Source of the DNA: Pseudovirgaria hyperparasitica
Lineage: Eukaryota
Length of the DNA stretch: 64,000 bases
NCBI GenBank assembly: GCA_010093815.1
Contig: ML996575.1
Strand: one strand, 5' to 3'
Part shown: positions 26,236 to 38,064 of the stretch, piece after piece
Numbering within the stretch: position 1 is the first letter of the stretch
Layout of the letters: every line of letters starts with the position of its first letter
Translations under genes and position numbers: made by a program
Notes under the pieces: model-generated
The model's database searches: none
Told to the model about the DNA's origin: nothing
Seen by the model: only the letters and a program-made list of their open reading frames with translations

Positions 26236-28015
26236 ATGGGCCGCACTAACTCTGTTGCTCATGAGCGCAATGACAGTATCCGTGAACGGGCCCAGGCAGT
26301 TGCCGCACAGGTCGAAACGCAACAGTCATGGATAGAAAAGCGTCTGAAGCCCAGCAAGATCTCGGCCAGATATCCCATCAAGGGCAAGACCCTGTTGTTT
26401 GCAACATGCGGCTTTGGCAGTCTTGGAGATGCTCTGTTTGGTTATAATTCAGGGTATGTTCCCTGCCATCCTCGTCTCTAACATCTCGCTGACCACATAC
26501 AGTATCATGTCCGGTCTGCTTATCAACCCGGTCTTTGTCTCGCGCATCTTCAAAGACTACGGTGGCGCAGATGGCTCGACTGCTATGATTAATCCTTCGA
26601 TCACAGGTATATCTGTGGCATGTCTGCAGGCGTCTGCCGCTGTAGGGTCCCTACTCGCCGGACGTCTGGGCGATATCATCGGGCGGAAGAGATGTGTGCG
26701 TCTCGGCGCGTTCATCTACTTCTTCAGTGCCTTTATCCAGATGTTTGCACCCGGATTCACACCTTTCATCATCGGTCGGACCATCCAGGGAGTGGGTGTT
26801 GGCATTCTTTCCATGACAGTCCCGATCATTCAGACCGAGATTGCTGCTCCTCATCGCCGTGGAATGATGGTCGGTATCGAATACACTTTCTTGATCGCGG
26901 GCTACATGCTGTCTTGCTGGGTGGACTACGGGTTCAATTTCATGCTCCCCAAGGAGATGTCTTGGCAGGGGCCTTTCATCGTCCAGATCGGTCTATCTTT
27001 CATCTTGCTCATCATGTCGTTCTTCCTTCCAGAGACACCGAGATGGCTTGCCAAAAACGGTTTCATGCAGGAAAGTCTGCAGACAGTGGCAGATTTGCAC
27101 TCGGACGGAGATACCGACGCAGTGCATGTCCAGAAAGTCTTCTATGAAATCCAAGAGGCTGTGGTATACGAGAGTGGTCTAGGAAAATCCACATGGTCGG
27201 CAAGTCTTACTTAACAGTTCATATCAAGGATATCTTGCTGACCATCTTTGTGCAGGAGATGTTTACCCGCTACCGCAAACGCACCATCATCGGCATTACG
27301 GTTCAGATGTTTGCACAACTCAATGGCATCAACATCATCTCGTTCTACCTTCCGAGTACATTGGCGTCTGCTGGGTTCAGCGAGCGCAAATCTCTCCTGT
27401 ATACGGCTGCCAACGCGATGCCGTACACCGCAGCGACGATCGTGACATGGTGGCTTGCCGACAGCTGGGGAAGGAAACCTCTCCTGTTGACTGGAGGTAC
27501 GTTCTAATGCCTTGTGAATCGTATGCAGAACTCTTGCTAACTTGAACAAAGGCATTGCAATGGCCGTCTTACTCGGCATCGTATGTGTCTTCACCGAAGC
27601 CAACCTACCTGTGGACATCAAAGCCAACGGCCAGTACGCATTCGTAATGCTCTACAACATCTTCTACGGCTTCACCTGGGGCCCAATGCCATGGCTCTTG
27701 CCCGCCGAGATCTTCCCGCTGCGATCAAGGTCAAAAGGCATGGCGCTAGCAACGACGTCGAACTGGATCTTCAACTTCATCATCGGGATGGTATCGCCAG
27801 ATGCGTTTGCAGGGATAGGCGGCTACTTCTATCTCATCATTGCGGGTTTCTGTCTCTGTTCGGCGGCCCTGTCTCACTTCTACTATATTGAGACGGGATC
27901 ACATAACTTGGAGGGAATCGCCAATGCATTTGGGGAGAAAGCTTTTGCCGACGACGACGCGGAAGTCATGCAGGTGGCTGATGTGAGAGGGGAGGAGAAA
28001 AGTACCGTTGCTTGA
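26236..28015 (+). CDS. MFS sugar porter family transporter
   Basis: Introns 26454-26502, 27200-27255 (GC-AG) and 27497-27551; motifs LFGYNSG, GDIIGRK, PETPRWL, QLNGINII, DSWGRK, WGPMPWLLPAEIFP. Confidence 0.95.
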
Positions 28016-28573
28016 GCGTCTTTAGGGCGTATAGAATAGATTTGATAGATAAAAATGATAGAGATTGGTGCCTTTTGCAGTAGCAGTCCGAGAGCCTTCA
28101 ATCATCAATTACGACGATTACAGTGCAAGGTCTTCTCCAAGATGACTCTTAGTATGTTGTGGAACCACAACTGGGACAAACTCAGTTATGAAGTGAGAAG
28201 TACTGCATCTTTCCAAGACTGTGGTGTATCAATTAGGACTTCGACGCGTTAGTCCTCTATCATGCTGGTAAGAAGACAGTCACGTGCTGTTGCTCTAGTG
28301 TGAAAACTACAGGACGCTTACTACTTGCGACTAATGTACGGCTCATGCATTAGGGTCAGATTGACATTTGCTACTTTCATCCTGCTTGAGTCTCTGCCAA
28401 AGTTCAATTTACTCGTTTGCTTATCGAATGCTTCATCGCATCCTGATGTTCTCTTAGAGAAAGTAAACTGAGTGGAAAGTGCCCTGCGCTCACACTACCA
28501 CTCCCTTAGAGCACGACTTGTTAGTCGAGATAATATAGTAGGGTCATTGGATATCTTGAGTGGTCCTTTCCTC

Positions 28574-30830
28574 ATGAAGAAAAACAATTGTGAGCTGTGT
28601 CGTGTAAGACGTACCCGAGCCATGGTAAATGCGCAGCACTGATAGAAGCCTGATCGACAGCAACGAAAGATCAAATGTGATCGAGAGGATCCATGCAGCA
28701 ACTGCAAAAAGAATGGGCTAGAATGCATATTCATCGATCGACCAAAACTACCAAGAGGTCGAAATGGCGGTCGAAGGAGTGCTAATGATGATCTAACGGC
28801 ACGGCTGAGGAAGCTCGAAAATATGATAGCGAGTGTCGCTGCAGCAAGGCAATCGAGTGGACCTGGTGCGAATCAGGTAAAGGCAGCTGGTCAGCTGAAC
28901 TATCTCGGGCTAAAGTAAAATCAGCATGCTGTACCGAATGCGCAGAAGGAGAACAGTCTTCCATCTCAAGAGAGTAAGCTGGACCAATATCTAGGAGGCT
29001 CTTTTTGGAACAGCTTAGCATCAGAGGTCAGTATCACTTAAAGCGCGTAATGCATGTCTCACCTCATGACAGGTGACTGAGATTCGGGGACTACTCCAAG
29101 ACCCCCAAATTGAGTGTGATGAAGAAGACGAAGAAGATATCCCTATAAGTGATAAAACACCGTCTAGCCCAGGAAGACAGAACTCTGTCGATTTGTCCAC
29201 CCAGAATCACTTCAATTTTGTCCTTACCGGTCCGGGCACTTTCTTTGTGACCCCTGGTCTTCTGAACCACCCACCACAAGGTGTGGTCGACCAAATGTGC
29301 ACTTCTTTCCTTACGCTTGTGGACCCCATCCTAAAGTTTGTCCATGCTCCGTCATTCCGCTCCTGTATGCAAAATCATGGGGGCTACATGACATACCAAC
29401 AAGATCATGCAGGTATAGAAGCCTTGAAATATGCGACTTACTTCGCAGCCATTGCAGCAGAAACCCCTGAATTCAGTGCCCGGGTGCTGGGGATCGACAA
29501 AAAGCAGGCCTTGGATCGCTACAGGTTCTGCACAGAAGTGGCGCTGTCAAAGGCGAATTTCTTAGATGCTCGGGATCTTATCACTCTTCAGGCTCTTATC
29601 ATCTACACATACATAATTCGAGTACAAGAGTTGGGCAAACAGCAGAATAGCCTTTCCGGCACTATTGTACAGCTTTCTCGCAGCTTCAATCTACATCTAC
29701 CGGCTGGGTATCGGAATGTTTCGCCTTTCGAAGCTGAGATGCGCCGCAGACTATGGAGCAGTGTTCGGATGCTCGATTATTACACTGCCATTGATCGCGG
29801 TTCTGAACCGCTTTTACTTGAAGATCCGAAACAAGAATCTCCCCGGCCGCATAATATCAATGATGAAGACTTCGGACCAGATTCAATAGATCTTCCTCCC
29901 GAAAGAGAAGGGATAACTGATTCATCATGGACCATTCTGTGCTGGCAAGTACTCTCTCATGTCAAGCGTATGAACTACCACGCTATAACCGTGCATCCTC
30001 CGAAGTCCAAAGCAGACTGGGAACAAAGATTCTCGTTCGCTAGAGAATATGAAAGGATGTGTCACGAAAAGCTGTATCCTTATCTGGATTTATCCAATCA
30101 GCATCACTTTATGCTGATGCTAAGTGCTCGAGAGACCATTGGGGTCACAAAGCTATTCGCTCTCCGACCACTGCGCAAATACCCAGGAGCAACCGCACCG
30201 CCGGTGGACAACTCATACATTTTAGAGCTGTCCTTGGGTATTTTAAAGGAATCTATGGCTTCATGCGAAACGCGCGGGTCACCGCATCAATGGTGGCTAT
30301 GGATCCTGTGGTTCGCCCTAGCTGTAGCTCTTGCAGAGCTTTGCGTGCGACCAGATGCAAGTGACGATGTCTGGGATATTGTCGAGAAAACATATCAACA
30401 TTACAGTACTCGTATCGCTGACGGGAAGAAAGGTCAGTTATGGCAACCTATACGGCGCTTACGCAAGAGAGCGTTATCGCATAGAGGACCACGACAGGCA
30501 ATTGGTTCGACTGTAACGTTTGAACCAGCCGCATCGGCGCAGGCTTCCATAAGCCAGACGACTCCAGGACTATATTATCCGTCATTTAATTTTAATGCAC
30601 ACATACCTTCTACAATGCAGATGCCGGACTCGTTGCAGGTTTGGCCACGAACAGACACCGAGAACACCGTTACACAGTCCGATGCAAGTATGTTTGCTAC
30701 AACTCAACCGATAGATCCCACGAGAAGCAATATGCCTGGCATGGACCCAAACTTGGACATGAATGATGTTGGCTGGAATAGCTGGAACACATTTGTGGAC
30801 GACTTCATGAGCTTTGATCAGCCATATTGA
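28574..30830 (+). CDS. Zn(II)2Cys6 transcription factor with fungal TF middle homology region
   Basis: Introns 28604-28660, 28877-28924 and 29027-29072 give [32 protein letters not shown]...YLGGSFWNSLASEV; later VDPILKFVHAP, LQAL, FEAEMRRRLW, PHNINDED. Confidence 0.92.
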
Positions 30831-31955
30831 GCTATTACTTTCCATCCAGAACAACATACTAGGCGAGAGGTGACAGCAATGAAGAACTTCATCTACGCTG
30901 TTGTCAGTCGCGTCCATCGCCCCTGTAGCAACGATTCAACAGCATGGATACGTCGCGTCTACACTATCACTGCCGCCTGCCTCGTCTCTGTACCCAGATC
31001 TTTTACTTACCGAATATCCTGGCGCGTTGATACAACGCGCTTTGGTTACCACATTGCCCAGTGATGCATCCACTTTCACGGGTTCGTCGCCGAGGGCGTC
31101 TGCCGAAGGTGTCTATATCGCCTGCAATCCTTCAGCCGAACGATCAGCATACGCCTTTGAAGCGTGCATGTGGCTCCATACATGCGAGAGGACCGCTCCT
31201 CCCAATCTTCCAGGTCATTCGCACATTATACCGATGCCATAGAATCAACAGCCCAAAAGCGCCCTTTGGTCTGTCCCAATATCAAGCTTCTCCAGACTGT
31301 CTTGGATACTGGTCCTGGACTTGTACGTCTGGCGGGGCTGGTTACGACGTAAGAGGTAATCGGGTGAGAAGGTTACGCGTAGATATATACTTTTTCGATG
31401 CCAACACTATCAATCCGACTGGTGAGTGGGGCTGGTGTTCTTGGGGCCAACGGCGGGGGCAATGAACGCGAATTGTCACGAATGTGAAGTTGTGGGCTTC
31501 AGAAGGAGACACGATGCTGTTATGCACTCATTGCAACCCAAACTCTCAGGTTTGGTTAGCATTATGCGAGATTCAGTGTAGAACCTTCTCCTTTGACTAC
31601 AGATGGCAATCACAGACGCACCGAGTTGTTGAGAATTTACGCGTACGCAGTGTCGATGCTTCTAGCATCGATCATCTTAGATGGACATGAGATGTCTTAG
31701 ACAGATTAGAGTAAAGCAGCTTGTCTTGTGGAGAATTTAACGATTGTGCTAGGACCGGGGTTTGTTATTATCACAATTCATATGGTCGGGACGGACCTTC
31801 GGGCTGATTGCAGTCGGAGATAAACGCTAGTCGCAGCCCCGCCAACCCGAAAATGGAATTCTGTTTTGTTTGCACGCGTCGCTGCAACCACGAACATCAA
31901 CCTCAGGCGACCACCAACTGCAAACCTCAACACCAGAACATAGCAACCAGACATA

Positions 31956-32938
31956 ATGGTTAGTTGAGAACGCGCAGCTTTGCTTCCAGTCAATGATCGC
32001 TGACCATGTTCCAGGCCACACCACCCAATACAAACCCGATCCGCCCATCTCCTCTCTCCTTCAACTCTCCATCACGCGCCTCACCTTTCCGCCGTCCCAA
32101 CTCTCCTCTTGCCCAGTCTCCTACCACGACGGGCAACCACCGCAATAGCGTTTCATACCTTAAGAATCCCTCAACACCCTCGGGTTTGTCTCCCGAGAAG
32201 TCGTACTCGCCGCTACGCAACTCGACTAATGTACGCCCTGACGAAGCCAACTCCACAATCCCATCTTGGAAAACCACACGCGGCACCACTGCACCACCAG
32301 ATGTGCCTGCATCGCCGACACGCACCACGTCAAACTTCTCGGATGCGACTGTCCGCCCACTCCAAGCCACACCGCGCGGGACACCTACGCGAGATACATT
32401 TGGCGGACGGGCAGGTGGATCAGCGGACAACATTACAAAGGTGCCAGCACCACTACTGCACTCTTTGCGCGAGTCGTTCTCGGTGCTGGACCGATCGAAC
32501 AGCGGCACAGTGTCGAATGCAGATGTCTCGGCAACACTCACACAATTGGGACTGGATAGCACAAGCCAAGCTTATTTACCGCCTGCGTCATCGCCTATAA
32601 ATCTCAGTACTTACTTAAACACACTCTCCAGCTTGATCGCGCCGCTCTCGCAGCCATCAGAACTCCTGGCTGCGTTTGCGGCTTTTGATGATGACGATAG
32701 TGGGCAGATCGACTTGGAAGAGTTGAAGGATGCCTTGATGCACACAGCACCGGAGCCCGGGGAAAGAAGGTTGTCGGAGAGAGAGTTTGAGAGCGTGGTA
32801 GGTGATTTCAGTGGCAGAAGGGCTTTCGGTAAAGGTGGAATGGGTAAGTCAAAGAGAGGAGACGTTTTCAGGTACCAAGAGTTTGTCGGTGGAATTGTGG
32901 GAGGTGCTGACGGGAAAGACGGAGGAAAAATGGCATAG
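31956..32938 (+). CDS. EF-hand protein, myosin regulatory light chain-like, with long Ser/Pro-rich N-terminus
   Basis: LRESFSVLDRSNSGTVSNADV and AFAAFDDDDSGQIDLEEL EF-hands; likely ATG-only first coding exon (31956-31958) with intron 31959-32014. Confidence 0.85.
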
Positions 32939-33995
32939 GGTCGACATGACTGTCAGAGATGAGTGCTTCAATTTTTTGCTCTGGTTGTGTTTGGATGGCA
33001 AGGCATTCTCTGGAAGATGTCAGGAGCTTCAATGGCATGCAAGCTAAGTAACGAATAAGCCTATGAAATGGGATTCCGTTCCCGATCACGACTGAATTAT
33101 CACCCCTTGCTGAGATCACAACATAAGACTGGAGACTAATGGATAGAAACTCTGCTGGGTCGCAGCAGCCATATCGAAGCAAAGCTGGCCTGAAATGCGT
33201 ATCACAGTACCTTCCTTCATGGTCATCCCACCGCATTGTGCGCGGTCGACTTCGGCCTTCATCATCTCCACTACCCTAAGCCGTCTTTCAGGTGGTCGGA
33301 CTTAGTCTCTCGACTGGTGCTCACACGAGAAAATACGTCTCTGAAACACTTCCTACCGCAACCATTGATTAGTGCTGTAACAAGTGAGTCTTATGGCCAC
33401 TCAATTTCTTCGAGGCCTCGGATCGTCGTCCCGCATCAGTTTGTTACCCAGGCAATCCCATACATCATGTCAATTAACAGCTACTGGGGTGCAACAGCTT
33501 TGCAACGTGTGTGGCATGTCTATTCGCTTGGTTCAGATGATAGTTCATGGAAGTCGTTGCATGAAGCCGCTGATTCTTGTGGACGAGGCTAATGCAAGGC
33601 ATCGCAAGATGGTTACTTTTAGACATGGGTGTGAATATGACGCAGCGGCAGCCGACAGCACAAAACTCCTACCATATCGTGTTTTGTAACGCATCGAGTC
33701 CCGTTGCGAGCGAGGATCTTGCTTCATTAAACAGGCATAATGCAGATAATACGATAGGTATACTATCCCTCTGTTACTGCCATCTAATACCACAATCATA
33801 GCAACATTGAAAACATGTATATTGACCAAGCAGTATCCGATGGATTACTGTAAAGCGTTAGGCCCGTACAAGCTGAGGCCATTCTTGGGACATGTGACGC
33901 GACGACATCAGACCATCAGCAACAAGCTTTTGGCACCAAACGGATACAAATTCAGAGTCTAAAGCCATCTAGAAAGACGATCGAATCCATCAAAC

Positions 33996-34976
33996 ATGCC
34001 ACCGCACCTCATATCATCCTCCTCCTTCACCCTTCCAACAGCGACCCACTCGCTCTCATTCACCCTACACACCCCATTAACCCCACCCACCCCAACTGCA
34101 CCCCTCATAATAATCTTCCCTGGCTACGGCGACGTCGCATACTCCTGGCACCGCGTCGTCTCCCTCCTCGCGCTCAGATTCTCCGTCCTCACGTACGACC
34201 GCTCCGGTCTCGGCGCCTCCCTGCGCGGCCCGAACCGCGCCCTCGCCGCAGTCGCCGCATCCGAACTCTGCCAGGCCCTGTCCAATCGATCCGCGCCTCC
34301 CGTGCCGCTCCCATCGCCACCGTACGTGCTGCTCGCACACTCGTACGGTGCACTCGTGGCGCGCGAATTCCTGGCATTGGACTCCCCCTTGGGCCGGGCC
34401 GGGGAGTGTGTGAAAGGGATGGTGCTGGTCGATCCGGCGAGCGAGAAGCAGCATGAGTATTTTGACTTTGAGCTTGTGGATAGGATTGGCGAGGGGGTAA
34501 GTCTAGCGCGTGCGACGGGGCTGCGTGCGAAGAGTAGATTTACTGATGAGGAGTGGCGGACGCGGGTACGTTTGATGACTGGGGGTTTGCCTGCTGCGAA
34601 GGAGGAAGGTGCGAACTTTGTGGAGCACTGTAGGAGTGTGAGGGCGCTGAGGCAGATTGAAAGGAGGGCATTGGGCAAGAGGCCGTTGAGTGTTGTGCTT
34701 GCGCGAAGTAGGTTGGATTACGAGGCGGTGCTTACGGCGGGCGTGGCTAGGGGGAATGGGACGGTAGAGGAGCGGGAGAAAATGAGAAGCTTGTTGGGTG
34801 TATGGGATGCAGAGACGAGGAGGTTAGCTGCAGAGCAGCTGGGCATGAGCGAGAATGCGAAGTTGGTGGAGGTGGAATGTGGGCATAACGTGCATCTGCT
34901 GAGACCAGATGTTGTTGCTGGGGAAGTGGAGTGGGTTATGACACAGTTGGAAGGGAAGATCAAGGAGAAGATATGA
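33996..34976 (+). CDS. Alpha/beta-fold hydrolase
   Basis: 326 aa intronless ORF; IIFPGYG, TYDRSGLG, nucleophile elbow AHSYG, GMVLVDP, C-terminal CGHNVH. Confidence 0.9.
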   Translation: MPPHLISSSSFTLPTATHSLSFTLHTPLTPPTPTAPLIIIFPGYGDVAYSWHRVVSLLALRFSVLTYDRSGLGASLRGPNRALAAVAASELCQALSNRSAPPVPLPSPPYVLLAHSYGALVAREFLALDSPLGRAGECVKGMVLVDPASEKQHEYFDFELVDRIGEGVSLARATGLRAKSRFTDEEWRTRVRLMTGGLPAAKEEGANFVEHCRSVRALRQIERRALGKRPLSVVLARSRLDYEAVLTAGVARGNGTVEEREKMRSLLGVWDAETRRLAAEQLGMSENAKLVEVECGHNVHLLRPDVVAGEVEWVMTQLEGKIKEKI

Positions 34977-35757
34977 GTGAGTGTCACATGAAAGTTCAAG
35001 ACGAAGGGTGATACTATGTTGTGTCAGTGAGGTGGATTGGGACAGTTTGCTCTAGACATGAGGACTAAGTATAGATGATATGATGATGACCTATGTTTCT
35101 AAAGTTTGAGAGGAGGTCGATTCTGGGTTGAAACCGTATCACGACGCTGTATGTCGCTCACCCCCAATGACATCCATGCATTCACTAGCTCAGCGTCAAA
35201 CGCAGCATATGTTCGACTCCTGTATTCCGCCAATTCTAAGCATCTCCTATCATCCGACCTCTATGAACCAGTAACAGACTCACAGATTCCATTCTACCCT
35301 GACAGCTAGACTAATCATACCCGTCGCAATTACTCCAGGTTTTACGTTCAGCCTAATTCTAAAAGGCTCAGATCAGAACCACTGTCTGCCTCCGAGAGAT
35401 CATCTAGTCTGCCAAGTTTCCACTGAGTATGGCCACCCGGATTTAGGATATTCTCATTGATCACAAGCGTCATTTGCTAAGGACAATTTGTCAATCTTCT
35501 ATCGTAGACACAGCTTTGACGCGCATATGCGGACCATATTGAGACGATAGAAGTGGTGTTGGTGTCAGTTGGACGTCTCGATACTTGTCTCTGTTTCTGG
35601 TTAGATATTGGTAGATCTATGTAGCTGATTGATGTAAAATGTATCATGACAAAGTCTGCTTAGCAGGAGCTATTTCTGGTATTGATGTAAAACAATGGTA
35701 TCATTCTACTGCGCCCACCTCACAGGGACTAGAATCTTTCTTGCCAGCCTGCTGCTA

Positions 35758-37480
35758 TCAATACAAGTAGATAAAATCCTCATTGACAAGATCTGTCATG
35801 TCATCAAACGCCTTGTCTCCAATACCACCACCGGAATCCCCATTCATGACCCCAGCCTTGTTCCCTATCGTCCTCCCGGTCTCCATACTATAATCAACAA
35901 CAATCGCATTTTTCCCTGCGACCAAGCGCATATTCGCATGCTTGCGATTCAGTATTCTGATCCAAGCGGCGGCAGCAACCACGACAAGCATGATAACAAT
36001 GAATAATGCGAGATTGACGCGAAGACCGCGAGCATAGCGTGGAGCCTCTGCTGGGGTGAATAAATGTGGTCCAATGATATTCCCCGCACTGGCTCCTACA
36101 AAGAGAATACCGGTGTTAACTTTGCGCTTCGTGTCGCCACCAGTGTTTTGGCCGGACCATGAGTAGATGAGAGGCGATATGCCAGGGTAGACGGAGATGA
36201 GATAGTATCCGACGAGCAGAGGGGCTTGGTTCGCCTGGGTGTGCTCGAGAAACATGAGCATCAGGATTCCGACAATGGGGGGAATACATAGGATGATGAG
36301 GACTGGGGACTTCTTTTTCAACTTTGTAGCCGCCCAAGCGCCACCGAGAGTGGATATAATTTGCACGGCGCCGAAGGGCATGTTGAATAGTATTGTGGTG
36401 AATGAGTCGAATCCGAATGACTTTACGATCAGGGGCCCGAAAGTCGTGATACTGTGATGGATCAGTGTTGATTATGACTGTGCTGTCTTCCTCGACTTAC
36501 TTACCCGCCACTTGGAATGCTGACCGCAGTCAACATGGAGAACCAAAGCCATGTCTTGGGATCAAGGATACACTCCTTAACGTGTTCCCATTTCCATACC
36601 CTTGACGCAACTCCCATCTGGTTCATCCTCAAACGCTCCACAGCAATTACCTTTTCATCATGAGTGAGGAATCTAGCCTCCATCGGCGAGTCGGGCATAA
36701 ATATACTGCGTCAAGGTCAGTATCAACCAAATGAACCGCTAATCAGTGGTCTTACAAACAGAAGATGGAGACCACAAACGTTAACAGGCCACAGAACAGA
36801 AAGATAATCTGATACGAATGCAGCCTCCGACTATCAATGTGGCCCAACCCATAACTCAACAGACTACCCAAGATATTCACTACGCCTAACATTGCATACC
36901 ACGACGCATTCCTATTCGTCTGCTCATGCCTCCGATACCACATCTGCACGACGGCAATGAAAGCAGGTGCAACAGCCGCCTCTGCCGCTCCAAGCAAGAA
37001 TCTCGTCGCCAATAGGCCCCCAAAATTGGTCGCGCCAACCATTCCGCAAAGCACAATCGCCCAAGTCAATACCATCACGGAGATGAACTTACCAATTGGT
37101 AGTTTCACAAGCAGGAAGGAGATTATGGGTTGGAAGACGAGTTGCGCCACGTATACGATACTACCCAGCCATGAGTACTGGTCACCGACGAGGTTCGCAT
37201 CGTCTAGCAGACCGAAGACAGAGGCGTAGGAGAGTGATGTCTTGTCGAGGCTCTGCAGGAAGTAGATGGTGAGGAGGAGAGGGAGCAGCGCGAGGTCGAT
37301 CTTGCGAAGGACACGTTTGTTGTCTTCAGGGGAGACGTAGATGCGCTCTTCAGTGGCTAACAGAGCTGCTGCTTTGTCGACATGTTGTGGTCGCGCAGCG
37401 TGTGTTTCGAGATTCGTATTTTCGATTGTCTCGACGGCGTCTTTGGCCTTGTCTTGTCCGGTCGCATGCATTGCTGGCAT
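35758..37480 (-). CDS. MFS transporter, allantoate permease (Dal5/ACS) family
   Basis: Introns 36706-36755 and 36452-36504; VLRKIDLALLP, LDKTSLSYASVFG, YSWLGSI, RFLLGAAEA, MWYRRHEQ, PDSPMEARFL, NTGGDTKR, AFDDMTDLVNEDFIY. Confidence 0.95.
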
Positions 37481-38064
37481 TACGAGTGACAGGAGATAGA
37501 GATTACCAGCGAACTCGGAAGTGGGCCTCTTGCAGGATATATAGAATGTACTTCATGTTCCCTTGCTTGGAATACCCGGAAGCCGTTGTAACCTACCGGA
37601 TCAGCTCACGACTCAGGATGTCTCATGGTCCCTTACCGGGACTCGTTCGTCATTGAAAAACCCCATGTGAATTTGGCTTAGAGTGCGGAGAAAGATGCCC
37701 GGGTTGACTCCGTAGGTAGGGTCTGTAGTCACGATAAGCCAATCATATGCCCATCTGGGTACGCATGGCGCGGGGAACATGGCGGGATTGTTTCCGTCTT
37801 TACTATTACCAGAATTCCCTTAGTTTCGAACCAGCAAGCACCGCGGTGTGTTGTAGATGCAATTTGCAAACACCGGATTCGACCTCGAGGCGGATTCTCC
37901 AGGTTTGTTATGTCCTTTTAGGTCAATACATAAGAGTTGGTGTAAAGGCTGCTGTGAGTAAAGCTTCCCCAAAGCTGTCAGAAACCGACAGTGCAATAAA
38001 GTCCCATCATATTTCAGAAAACCAAATACTTCTTTTCTCGAGCCATTTCGTACGTTCTTTCATC

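Noticed and set aside
35186..35232. tRNA-like A-box (TAGCTCAG) and B-box (GTTCGACTCC)
   Set aside because: Spacing is too short for an anticodon arm and no T-stem or acceptor stem forms.
37747..38064. 106-aa N-terminal extension of the GH31 ORF
   Set aside because: Non-coding-like composition within the divergent promoter; ATG 38065 has better context and the enzyme-like sequence starts there.
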